DNA of 32,000 bases from Opitutales bacterium (GCA_044433115.1 JAWXTY010000019.1:5695-37694), one strand, 5' to 3'. Positions 18,112-25,987 are shown, counted from the stretch's first letter. The notes: a model not told the origin generated them from the sequence alone. A program made the numbers and translations.

Positions 18112-19728
18112 TTACTCCTTTGAGCCTGTCTTAAGCTTATTAGCCTTTGCAGTATTCTTCTTAGGTTTTTTGTCTGTGAACCTATTTTGCTCACGTCTTG
18201 AGTATTTATTAAACCTATTCTTATCCTTAAGTTCTCTCTTAGATAATTTTGCTGGCTTGTAAGCTGGCTTATCCTTTTTGTCCTCAGTGTTATCTGAAGT
18301 TCTAGTTGCCAATCTATTTTGCAAGCTTTGCTTAGGTTTTCCAACAAATTCCAACTTCAAAGAAACGCCACCAAGTGTAAATACCTTACGCAAGTTCTTC
18401 TCCATATACTTTTGATAAGTGCCATCTAAACGTTGCTTAGAATTACAATACATTCTGATAGTGATAGGTCTCTTTGCTGTTTGCAAGCAGTAATAAACCT
18501 TAAATCTCTTTTTATCAACAATTTTAGGAGCTACATTTTCAATTAATTCACGTACAGTATTGTTCAACTTTGCAGTAGGCAATTCCTTATATGTACGCTT
18601 AAACATAGTGTAGGCTGAGTCTAAAATAGTGTCTAGGCTCTTGTCTTTAAGTGCTGACAAGAAGGCAATTGGAGCGTCTTCTAAGAAGAATAATTCTTCA
18701 CGAACAGCTTCTTCGAACTTCTTTTTAAAGTCTCTTAAACTTTCGTAGCCTTGCAAAACTTCTCTACGGAACAAATCCACAGCTAAGTCCCACTTATTCA
18801 CTACAATCATTATACTTGCTCCACTTGCAAGAATTTCGCCAGCAAGTTTTTTGTCGAGTTCGCTAACGCCATTTAGTGCGTCAATAACCAAGAACACAAC
18901 GTCGCAACTTTCTATAGCTGACTTAGTTCTGATAGTAGACAAGTAGTCTAAAGATGTATTTATCTTACGTTTAGCTCTCAAGCCTGCTGTGTCAAAAAAT
19001 CTATATTTAATTTCCTTGCCCCTGCCAGTAACATAGTCAATATCGCACTTTACGCTATCACGAGTCGTACCTGCAACATCGCTAACTATCAATCTTTGTG
19101 AGCCTAAGAGCTTATTGCCTATAGAGCTTTTGCCTACATTTGGTCTGCCTGCTACGCAAATTTTAATACGCTCTTCTTCAGCCTCTTGTGCATTTTCGTC
19201 TACTTCCAATGAGCCGAACCTATCTTCAATAAGCCCAAAAAGCTCGTCCATACCAAGCCCGTGTTCTGCCGATACTTCTATAGTGTCCTTAAAGCCCAAG
19301 TCGAAGAAATCGCTATTTCTGTCTTTATGACTATCTAAGTCTGTTTTATTTACAATTAGGCAAACAGGAGTGTCGCACTTTCTCAAAGTTTGAGCTATGT
19401 GATTATCTGCACTAGTTAAGCCCTCTTGAGAGTCTACCACAAAGAAAATCAAGTCAGCGGCATCTACAGCAAAGAAAACTTGCGTGTCAGTAGCGTCAGC
19501 AATGACCTTTTCTGTAGTTTCTTGAGTTGCCCCTAAGCCACCTGTATCCATCAAAATCACGTCATTTGGCAATTTTTCTGCAACTATATCTCTAGTTACC
19601 CCTGGTCTATCGTGTACAATAGAGACCCTCTTTTTCAATATTCTATTAAAAAGCCTGCTCTTACCTACATTTGGTCTGCCTACAATAGCTATACTTTTAC
19701 CTATATTTTTTCCTATATCTTCACTCAT
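18112..19728 (-). CDS. der: Ribosome-biogenesis GTPase Der/EngA with ~71-aa basic C-terminal tail
   Basis: Two tandem GTPase domains (GRPNVGKS twice, DTGG/DTAG, NKTD/NKWD) plus a KH-like domain. K/R-rich extension after ...LKLEFVGKPKQ. Confidence 0.9.
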   Translation of the reverse strand: MSEDIGKNIGKSIAIVGRPNVGKSRLFNRILKKRVSIVHDRPGVTRDIVAEKLPNDVILMDTGGLGATQETTEKVIADATDTQVFFAVDAADLIFFVVDSQEGLTSADNHIAQTLRKCDTPVCLIVNKTDLDSHKDRNSDFFDLGFKDTIEVSAEHGLGMDELFGLIEDRFGSLEVDENAQEAEEERIKICVAGRPNVGKSSIGNKLLGSQRLIVSDVAGTTRDSVKCDIDYVTGRGKEIKYRFFDTAGLRAKRKINTSLDYLSTIRTKSAIESCDVVFLVIDALNGVSELDKKLAGEILASGASIMIVVNKWDLAVDLFRREVLQGYESLRDFKKKFEEAVREELFFLEDAPIAFLSALKDKSLDTILDSAYTMFKRTYKELPTAKLNNTVRELIENVAPKIVDKKRFKVYYCLQTAKRPITIRMYCNSKQRLDGTYQKYMEKNLRKVFTLGGVSLKLEFVGKPKQSLQNRLATRTSDNTEDKKDKPAYKPAKLSKRELKDKNRFNKYSRREQNRFTDKKPKKNTAKANKLKTGSKE

Positions 19729-19729
19729 A

Positions 19730-20890
19730 CTATATATCTTTCAATACCTTTTCTAATCTATCGCAAGCCTCAATTATATTGTCGTAACTAGTTGCAAAAC
19801 TCGCCCTAAAGAAGCCTTCACCAGACTCCCCAAAAGCACAACCAGGGACTATCGCCACCTTTGATTTCTCTAAAACTTTTTTACAAAACTCCAAGGAGCT
19901 CATATCCCTATCGCCAATACTGGCAAAAGCATAGAAAGTTCCCTTAGGCTTTTTGCAAACTAAACCCATATCATTAAATCGCTTAATGATGTAATCTCTA
20001 CGCTTTTGGTATTGTTCTACCATTTTAAGCATAGCATCTTTTGAATGTTTAAGTGCCTCAATCGCTGCTTCTTGAGCAATTATTGACGCACACATAATGC
20101 CATATTGATGAATTTTCATCATAGCATCTAAAATATCTGCAGGGGCACACACATAACCCATTCTAAAACCAGTCATAGCAAAGGCCTTAGAAAATCCGTG
20201 TACATAAATTGTACGCTCCTTCATCTTTGGCAAGCTTGCTATAGATATAGTTTTGCCCTCATAACATAAATCAGAATAAATTTCATCGCTAATAATTAGC
20301 ATATCCTTTTCTATAGCAAAATCGGCAAGCTCTTGTAGAGTTTTCATATCCAAAGTTGCCCCAGTAGGATTAGCTGGGAAATTAATCATCAAAGCCTTAC
20401 AACCCTCTTGCCAAGAGTCTCTAAGCTCTTGAATATTCAAAGAGAAATTATCCTTAGCATACGTCTTTACAGGAACTGGCACGCCATGGGCAAGCAATAT
20501 ACTTGGCATATACGACACAAAGCAAGGCTCGTGATACATAATTTTATCCCCAGGGTTAATGATAGCTCTCAAGGCAACATCTAAAGCTTCAGAAGCTCCA
20601 ACTGTAACCATTATTTCCTTAGTGTAGTCGTAAGAAATATTGTAATTTTTTTCAACGTGCTTTGAAATTTCCATTCTCAACTGAGCCAAGCCCAAGTTGT
20701 CTGTATAAGAAGTTTTGCCCTTTTCTAAGGCACGAATAGTTGCTTCTCTTATATTCCAAGGGGTAACAAAGTCAGGTTCGCCAACCCCCAAAGAGACACA
20801 ATCTTTCATAGTCGACGCTATAGAAAAAAAGTCTCTTATACCAGATTTTGGCAACACCTCTACGTGTTTTGCTATAAAATTCCTACTCAT
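19730..20890 (-). CDS. PLP-dependent class I/II aminotransferase (AlaT/AspC-like)
   Basis: SKAFAMTGFRMGY PLP-lysine motif; NPTG motif (PANPTGATL); 386 aa. Immediately downstream of an Lrp/AsnC regulator, an arrangement I recall for Bacillus alaR-alaT. Substrate not determinable here. Confidence 0.8.
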   Translation of the reverse strand: MSRNFIAKHVEVLPKSGIRDFFSIASTMKDCVSLGVGEPDFVTPWNIREATIRALEKGKTSYTDNLGLAQLRMEISKHVEKNYNISYDYTKEIMVTVGASEALDVALRAIINPGDKIMYHEPCFVSYMPSILLAHGVPVPVKTYAKDNFSLNIQELRDSWQEGCKALMINFPANPTGATLDMKTLQELADFAIEKDMLIISDEIYSDLCYEGKTISIASLPKMKERTIYVHGFSKAFAMTGFRMGYVCAPADILDAMMKIHQYGIMCASIIAQEAAIEALKHSKDAMLKMVEQYQKRRDYIIKRFNDMGLVCKKPKGTFYAFASIGDRDMSSLEFCKKVLEKSKVAIVPGCAFGESGEGFFRASFATSYDNIIEACDRLEKVLKDI

Positions 20891-20891
20891 A

Positions 20892-21368
20892 TTATGCTGA
20901 TATTATTGGTCTATCTGTATTTACAGCACTTTCAATCAAAAAGCCGTGGCTCTTATAAGTCTTTAAAAAGAAGTGTGTTGCAGTTGCGTTTACCCCATTA
21001 ATAATCGCTAAATGTTCATATACAAAACTTGCAATTTCCCTCAAATTCTTAGCCTTTACAAAGAGTAATAAGTCATAAGCACCACTCATCAAAAAGCAAG
21101 AGTCAACTTGCTCAAAAGCACTAATTCTTTGAGCTAATTTATCAAAACCTGCGTCTGTTGCTGGATTTATTTTAAGCTCTATTGCAGCTGAAACTAAACC
21201 ACTTTCATAATCTGGGTGCAGTACAGGTATCCAACCTAAGAATGTTTTTTCTGCCTTTAGCTGTGCAATAGCAGATATAACTTCTTCTCTTGTCATATTC
21301 AAAATTTGCCCCATTTGCTGAGTGTCGCAAACTTCACCTTCTAGTATCAACTTTAAAATTTTGTCCAT
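20892..21368 (-). CDS. Lrp/AsnC-family transcriptional regulator
   Basis: N-terminal HTH (ILKLILEGEVCDTQQMGQILNMTREEVISAIAQL) and C-terminal RAM/AsnC-type ligand domain. The ORF track starts at a TTG (21386), but the ATG at 21368 is preceded by AAAGGAA. Confidence 0.75.
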   Translation of the reverse strand: MDKILKLILEGEVCDTQQMGQILNMTREEVISAIAQLKAEKTFLGWIPVLHPDYESGLVSAAIELKINPATDAGFDKLAQRISAFEQVDSCFLMSGAYDLLLFVKAKNLREIASFVYEHLAIINGVNATATHFFLKTYKSHGFLIESAVNTDRPIISA

Positions 21369-21446
21369 TTCTATTCCTTTTATCAATTTAGCTTTTTAAT
21401 GGCTTTTATTTATTTAGCCTATACTCTTGCACATATTTAAAAAGAT

Positions 21447-22025
21447 TTAAACATTTTTTTTAAGATTTTTGACATCTCCTACTAATAATATAGGCGATTT
21501 TGCATTATTTTCGTCTCTAAAGCTTAAATATGAAGTAAAATTCTCCTCGAAAAATGCTTTTATGACTTCATATTCAGCATAGGCGTTCTCGTGGGCGATA
21601 TAGCACAATACACTCAATATAAAGCGATTTTCGTCTGCTAAGGCAAGGCAGTCTTGCATAGATTTCAATGAAGAGCTTGGAAGAGTCGCTATACTTTTGT
21701 CAGGCGATGAGGGCAAATATCCCAAATTAAATATTGCAGACGAAATCTTTTCTACATTCACTTTCTTTAATTCTTCGTATATAAATTCGTGGCTCTTTAA
21801 TATGAGATTAGCATTGCTTGGCTCTTTTGCATATTTATCTAAACGAGCCTTTGTGCTTTGTAGAGCTAATTCTTGTATGTCAAAGGCAAAGACTTTCCCA
21901 CTAAGTCCAACTGCGTCGCTCAAAAATAGAGTGTCAAAGCCATTGCCCATTGTTCCATCTACAACTACATCGCCCTCTTGGAGGCTTTCCCTTAATATAC
22001 TATGTGCTTTTTGTGTAAAATTCAT
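21447..22025 (-). CDS. SAM-dependent methyltransferase, YtqB/MnmM-like (putative tRNA/rRNA methylase family)
   Basis: GDVVVDGTMGNGFDTLFLSDAVGLSGKVFAFDIQELAL closely resembles, from memory, the B. subtilis YtqB N-terminus (DATMGNGHDTxFLA...VYAFDIQ). Confidence 0.7.
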   Translation of the reverse strand: MNFTQKAHSILRESLQEGDVVVDGTMGNGFDTLFLSDAVGLSGKVFAFDIQELALQSTKARLDKYAKEPSNANLILKSHEFIYEELKKVNVEKISSAIFNLGYLPSSPDKSIATLPSSSLKSMQDCLALADENRFILSVLCYIAHENAYAEYEVIKAFFEENFTSYLSFRDENNAKSPILLVGDVKNLKKNV

Positions 22026-22158
22026 AAAAGCATCATATACTTATTATATCTCAAAAAAAGTCAAAGATATAAACTTAAAAAAAAGCTCAATGAAGCGATA
22101 AAGAAAATAGTTAAACAACTTCTCTAAGTTAATAAATAAAAATCAAAAAAGGAAATAT

Positions 22159-22440
22159 ATGAAAAATTCATTAGCAATATTCGCAATCAGCTCTATATTA
22201 TTTGCAGGGCAAGCCTTCGCTCAAGGCTCTACTGTTACAACGCATAAAACGATTGTAACTACAACTACTACTATACCTCACAATGCAAATGCTGTGCCTA
22301 TGACTAGTACTACTACTAAAACTACTCCTCAAAAAGCTACGCAAAAAATGACTACAAAAACTTGCCCTGCTGGCACAAATTGCGATACACCTGCACCTAA
22401 GAAAAAGGCAAAGAAGAACACTCAAAATAACAATATGTAA
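22159..22440 (+). CDS. Small secreted Thr-rich protein (93 aa)
   Basis: Sec-type signal peptide MKNSLAIFAISSILFAGQAFA/QG. AGGAAA 7 nt upstream of the ATG. Mature part is Thr-rich, with TKTCPAGTNC and a basic tail. Confidence 0.6.
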   Translation: MKNSLAIFAISSILFAGQAFAQGSTVTTHKTIVTTTTTIPHNANAVPMTSTTTKTTPQKATQKMTTKTCPAGTNCDTPAPKKKAKKNTQNNNM

Positions 22441-22457
22441 TTAAGAAAGGATTTATA

Positions 22458-22820
22458 ATGAAAAAATTTTTAGCAATACTAAGCATTAGCACTGTGATGT
22501 TCGGAGCGTGGGCAAATAACCTTTTCGCACAAGACGCAGTAGAAGAAGGCTCTGTAGTAATAACTGCACAAGACGAAGAATTTTGCCCATTTTGTAACGC
22601 AATAGCAGCAGCCCAAGCAAATGGGTCAAGTTGTCTAATAGTAATACAAGCCCCTGATGGCTCTATGCAAACGACAAACTGCCCTGCCCCAAAAGATGGC
22701 AAAGATGGCAAAGCTTGCCCAACTAAAACTTGCCCAAAGTGCAAGGCAAAAATGCCAGTACAAAAAACAGCTCAACTATCTCCAGAAGAATTGAGAACAG
22801 ATAAAGCTTTGCATAATTAA
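22458..22820 (+). CDS. Small secreted Cys-rich protein (120 aa)
   Basis: Signal peptide MKKFLAILSISTVMFGAWANNLFA/QD. AAAGGA upstream. Seven Cys in the mature part, including CPFC and CPTKTCPKC. Shares a TKTCP/NCPAP motif with the preceding ORF. Confidence 0.6.
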   Translation: MKKFLAILSISTVMFGAWANNLFAQDAVEEGSVVITAQDEEFCPFCNAIAAAQANGSSCLIVIQAPDGSMQTTNCPAPKDGKDGKACPTKTCPKCKAKMPVQKTAQLSPEELRTDKALHN

Positions 22821-22881
22821 TATTTTAGCAAATCTGCTCTATAAAATATAAAGATAATAAAGTAATAAGATAATTCTATTC

Positions 22882-22921
22882 AAAGGAGGGCTTGCAATAA
22901 AAACTAGTCCTCCTTTTTTTA
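22882..22921 (+). terminator. Rho-independent terminator after the small secreted-protein pair
   Basis: AAAGGAGGGCT (22882-22892) pairs with AGTCCTCCTTT (22906-22916): 11 bp with one G-U. A T-run follows through 22920. Confidence 0.7.
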
Positions 22922-23056
22922 GCCACAGATAAGCACAGATGTTATTTAAAATAAAAGCAACAGATAACTCCTTTGCACCCTCAAGTGCAAAGCCCCAAGT
23001 CTAAAGACTGCCCCTAACCTAAAAACTTCCCCTATTACAAGAGCGACAAAAAGCTC

Positions 23057-23680
23057 CTATACTATATATTTTACGATAAGAAAGCCTAATATAAGTAGAG
23101 CAAGGAATGCAAAGCTTAGTATGTTGAAGTATTTTTCAATAAAGCCTTTTGCTTTTTCGCCAACTAGGCGTATTATTAAAGATACTAAAAAGAAGCGTCC
23201 GCCTCTGCCTAAAAGCGAAGCTATAATTAAGTCGAGCAATGAAACTTTGCAAATGCCAGCAGTTATAGTGAATATTTTGAAAGGTATGGGAGTAAAGGCT
23301 GCAGAAAATACTGCAAGAAGAGCGTTGTCCTTATACATATTTTCTACTATAGCAAAGTTTTCTGGTGTAAAGCCTACTACGTATTTATAAAATATATCGC
23401 TTAGAGTATCCCACGCAAAGTAGCCTATAATATAAGCTAGTACAGCCCCCAATACCGAAAATATCGTGCAGATAAAAGCGTAGTAATACCATTTTTTAGG
23501 CTTTGCTAAAGCTAATGGTATTAACAAAACATCAGGGGGGATAGGGAAAAAAGAACTCTCGCTAAAAGATAAAGCCCCTAAGGCAACAGTAGCTTGAGGC
23601 TTTTCTGCCCAAGATATAGTCCAATCATAAAGACGCCTTAGAATATTCTTCTTTTCTGTTTTATCTTCCCCATTCATCAA
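23057..23680 (-). CDS. YqaA/DedA-type (VTT domain) inner-membrane protein
   Basis: Multi-TM protein. ESSFFPIPPDVLLIPLAL, FTPIPFKIFTITAG and GRGGRFF motifs resemble the COG1238/YqaA family. Confidence 0.65.
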   Translation of the reverse strand: MMNGEDKTEKKNILRRLYDWTISWAEKPQATVALGALSFSESSFFPIPPDVLLIPLALAKPKKWYYYAFICTIFSVLGAVLAYIIGYFAWDTLSDIFYKYVVGFTPENFAIVENMYKDNALLAVFSAAFTPIPFKIFTITAGICKVSLLDLIIASLLGRGGRFFLVSLIIRLVGEKAKGFIEKYFNILSFAFLALLILGFLIVKYIV

Positions 23681-23802
23681 AGAAAACTACAACAAAATAA
23701 AATCAAAAAAGCAACTTTATTTAACAAAAATAAAAAAAAGCTTGCTTTAAGTGGAACATAAACCATTTTTAAGAGTCAGAATAACTGAATTATAGTAAAT
23801 AT

Positions 23803-24018
23803 ATGACTTCCGCTAATAAAAACATAGAAAAAAGAAGCTTTCGCTTAGAGAAATCTACGCTCTTTAGAGAGTGCGAAGCAGAAAGACAAGAGATTTTAAA
23901 GCATAAGTGGTTAGAATCCGAAAAACTAGGTAAAGATATTGGCTTTGAATTTGCTCTAATCGATTGGGTGCTAAACCATAGAGATAAATGGCGTAACTCT
24001 CGCATTAGAGTAAAATAA
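23803..24018 (+). CDS. Small hypothetical protein (71 aa) with KHKWLESEKLGKDIGFEFALIDW motif
   Basis: Intact ORF in an otherwise non-coding gap. The KWxESEKxGxDxG...DW motif is one I recall recurring in small conserved bacterial proteins, but I cannot name the family. Confidence 0.5.
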   Translation: MTSANKNIEKRSFRLEKSTLFRECEAERQEILKHKWLESEKLGKDIGFEFALIDWVLNHRDKWRNSRIRVK

Positions 24019-24027
24019 TTTCAGTAT

Positions 24028-24230
24028 GAGGACTTCTGAAAATTGTCAATTAGCTATTTTTAAGATTATTTTTAGTGTATTTTTTTTGTTTTTTAAGGAT
24101 AGCAACAGCGTTGCGTGACGTAAAAACAAGAAAATTCAAGCAAAAATAGGCTAAAAGAGCAATTGTAGCTTATCTTAGTGCAAAAATAAAATTTTTGCTT
24201 TCTATTAAAACCCAATTTTTAGAAATCTCC
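24028..24230. repeat. Structured intergenic inverted-repeat element, copy A (long form)
   Basis: Arms GAGGACTTCTGAAAATTG (24028-24045) and CAATTTTTAGAAATCTCC (24213-24230) are complementary (about 14 WC and 2 GU of 18). The core 24161-24230 is about 87% identical to 28753-28822. Inner hairpin GCAAAAA-TAAAA-TTTTTGC at 24180-24198. Confidence 0.7.
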
Positions 24231-24251
24231 AGTATACCTTATAACTCAATT

Positions 24252-24277
24252 GACCAATAACACTATTGGTCTTTTTT
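24252..24277 (+). terminator. Rho-independent terminator
   Basis: GACCAATA-acac-TATTGGTC perfect 8-bp stem followed by TTTTTT. Lies between convergent genes; only the + strand has a U-tract. Confidence 0.7.
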
Positions 24278-24302
24278 ATTGAGCAAAACTAAACTACTTA
24301 GA

Positions 24303-25211
24303 CTACTTTGTCAGGCTACTCGCCCCGACAGGATTTTCGAGGATTTCTTTTAGCATATCCACGTTGGTTTTTTCTTCGCCAGTGAGGAGGAAGATTAGCA
24401 TACCAGAGTCGGAGGCGTCGAAGCTTGGTTTAGTCCAGTTGCGTTTTTTGTTTATGCCACGTTTGCAACTTTCGAGTCTTGAGTAGAGCCAATCCCAGCT
24501 ACCTGCTTTATATGGAGCTTTATCTTTTGCTGGGGAGGTTTTGAGCCAATCGAAGCGTTCGACGTCAGCGAAAATGCCTTCGTATTTTTCTGCTTTGGTG
24601 GTGTATCTGTTGCCATTTTGGTCTAAAATTCTAAATATAGTTAAGCCATATTGAGTAAATTCTTTTTCAATCATATCGAGAGTCCAGCCTCCATGTTCTT
24701 TGCCGTGATTATCATTCCATTTGGAGTGGCTAGTTAGGCTGACGTATTGTAATTTGTCTTTATCGGATAGTTTTATAGCCTCGCCTATGACTTGCATAGG
24801 ACCTGCACCTATGATAAATAGGGGGTTATGCTCGCTTGAGTCGTTGATAGCTTTAGCCATTGCTTCGTATGCTTTTTGAGGGTCGTCTACAGCACAGATG
24901 AAGCGAGATTTATCGAAAGAAAAGTATTCTGCACCTTTTAAGGCACTTTCTTGCATTTCGCCATAGCCATCTAGTTTTGTGTTATTGCCCCAAATGTGGT
25001 CGCTATAAGTGTATACAGCGAGTTTGTCTTGCAGCCCTTTTGCACAGAGTATGGCAAGGCTAACAGGGGTTGCAGCCCAATCGTCGTCATCGTGGTCATT
25101 GCCATCGGAGCTTATTGCAATACGTCCTTCGCCATGCCAAGGAGCTTCGCTCGCAGATAGAAAGTTAAAACTAAGAAGTGCTAAAGCCAATATAAAAATC
25201 TTTTTTCTCAT
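24303..25211 (-). CDS. Secreted hypothetical protein with N-terminal Asp cluster (possibly a nucleoside-hydrolase-like fold)
   Basis: Likely start is the Met at 25211 (MRKKIFILALALLSFNFLSA/SEA signal peptide). The ORF-track start at 25277 runs into the upstream terminator repeat. SSDGNDHDDDDWAATPVSLAIL and LFIIGAGPMQVIGEAI loosely recall IUNH-type hydrolases; function is not established. Confidence 0.6.
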   Translation of the reverse strand: MRKKIFILALALLSFNFLSASEAPWHGEGRIAISSDGNDHDDDDWAATPVSLAILCAKGLQDKLAVYTYSDHIWGNNTKLDGYGEMQESALKGAEYFSFDKSRFICAVDDPQKAYEAMAKAINDSSEHNPLFIIGAGPMQVIGEAIKLSDKDKLQYVSLTSHSKWNDNHGKEHGGWTLDMIEKEFTQYGLTIFRILDQNGNRYTTKAEKYEGIFADVERFDWLKTSPAKDKAPYKAGSWDWLYSRLESCKRGINKKRNWTKPSFDASDSGMLIFLLTGEEKTNVDMLKEILENPVGASSLTK

Positions 25212-25245
25212 AAAATCCATTAAAGCAAAGCATAAACAAAAGAGC

Positions 25246-25303
25246 AAGCATATTTTTACACTAAAAAAGCGTCCCAAAAAAAAGAGACGCTTAAGTTAAG
25301 TTG
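25246..25303. repeat. Left copy of ~56-bp direct repeat bracketing the TA cassette (contains a terminator hairpin)
   Basis: AAGCATATTTTTACACTAAAAAAGCGTCCCAAAAAAAAGAGACGCTTAAGTTAAGTTG, versus 25988-26043 AAGCATATTTTTTATACTAAAAAAGCGTCCCAAAAAGAGACGCTTAAATTACGTTG. The copies differ by a few substitutions and indels. Confidence 0.8.
25263..25292 (-). terminator. Rho-independent terminator (minus strand) after the antitoxin gene
   Basis: On the minus strand: AAGCGTC-tcttttttttgg-GACGCTT followed by TTTT. Confidence 0.65.
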
Positions 25304-25317
25304 AGAGTTTTGAAGTA

Positions 25318-25599
25318 TTAAACTAATTGCACTTTGAATTTCAAGCCTAATGCAGAAGAGGCTTTTGTCGCTGTCTTAAAGGTGAGGCTCGTATTGTTTG
25401 GGTTTAGAACTCTTGTTGCCACGGCTCTTGTTGTACCCATTCTTCTAGCAAGTTCTGATATACTAACCCCCTTAGACTTCATTTCTTCGCTAAGTTTTAG
25501 GGCAAGAAACTTACAAGAAGCTAATTCCTCTACCTCAGCAAGCATTTCGTTTTCTTCGAGAAAACTATCTAGTGAACTACCTATATTCTTAGTCTTCAT
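25318..25599 (-). CDS. XRE/HigA-like helix-turn-helix antitoxin
   Basis: 93 aa. HTH VSISELARRMGTTRAVATRVLNP. 11-nt overlap with the upstream toxin reading frame (toxin-then-antitoxin order, as in HigBA-type modules). Confidence 0.75.
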   Translation of the reverse strand: MKTKNIGSSLDSFLEENEMLAEVEELASCKFLALKLSEEMKSKGVSISELARRMGTTRAVATRVLNPNNTSLTFKTATKASSALGLKFKVQLV

Positions 25600-25939
25600 T
25601 TTTTATCTCCTTTAATCTTTTAATTGCTAAATCTATATCTTTATTATCGGTTTTTTGAGTCTTTTTTATAAATGCGTGCAAGAGAACTAAAACATCGCCA
25701 ACTTGAGAAAATAAAATCCTTGCTATTCTATTTTTTAATGTAGTGCGTAATTCATAAATAGATTTACCAAGGTTTTTCACTAAAGGTTATCCAGTGGGCC
25801 ATTTCCATTGAACAACTTTTAAATCTGTGCCTATAATTTTCTTTTCCTCGTCAGATAGCTCTTGAAGAAATTCTCGCACTGGCTCTTTGCCTGAGTTTGT
25901 GCAATAAAAATTAACTTCAATACGTTTTGCTCTCTTCAT
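25589..25939 (-). pseudogene. HigB/Gp49-like (RelE/ParE superfamily) toxin gene interrupted by one in-frame TAA
   Basis: My hand translation from the ATG at 25939 gives MKRAKRIEVNFYCTNSGKEPVREFLQELSDEEKKIIGTDLKVVQWKWPTG*PLVKNLGKSIYELRTTLKNRIARILFSQVGDVLVLLHAFIKKTQKTDNKDIDLAIKRLKEIKNED. The stop is at 25787-25789 in the same frame. The ORF track shows only the 63-aa C-terminal piece (GTG at 25780). FY..G..PV.EFL...YELR...RILF...VLLHAFIKKTQKT is the Gp49/DUF891 toxin pattern. Confidence 0.75.
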
Positions 25940-25949
25940 TGCCTATATC

Positions 25950-25967
25950 TGTATCAAAATTGATACA
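25950..25967. promoter_or_regulatory. Palindrome TGTATCAA-AA-TTGATACA just upstream of the toxin start; candidate TA operator
   Basis: Perfect 8-bp inverted arms, 11 nt upstream of the ATG at 25939. A TTGACT -35-like hexamer (minus strand, 25977-25972) sits just upstream. Confidence 0.4.
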
Positions 25968-25987
25968 TAAAAGTCAAGCTTTTTGCT

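Noticed and set aside
22198-22744. Minus-strand ORFs 22198-22425 and 22397-22744, opposite the two small secreted-protein genes.
   Set aside because: The plus-strand ORFs have signal peptides, RBS-like sequences and a shared terminator. The antisense ORFs have none of these.
22971-22992. Hairpin CTTTGCAC-cctcaa-GTGCAAAG downstream of the YqaA-like gene, considered as a terminator.
   Set aside because: It is an 8-bp stem with no adjacent U-tract on the minus strand, so it is too weak to call.
25334-25615. 93-aa plus-strand ORF mirroring the antitoxin gene, and 25009-25299 (+) mirroring the secreted-protein gene.
   Set aside because: These are antisense mirrors of ORFs with HTH or signal-peptide features, and nothing supports them independently.
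25787-25789. Possibility that the in-frame TAA in the toxin reflects stop-codon reassignment or programmed readthrough.
   Set aside because: TAA is used as a normal terminator by many well-supported genes in this window (murE, mraY, der, hisG and others), so reassignment is implausible. A nonsense mutation is the economical explanation.
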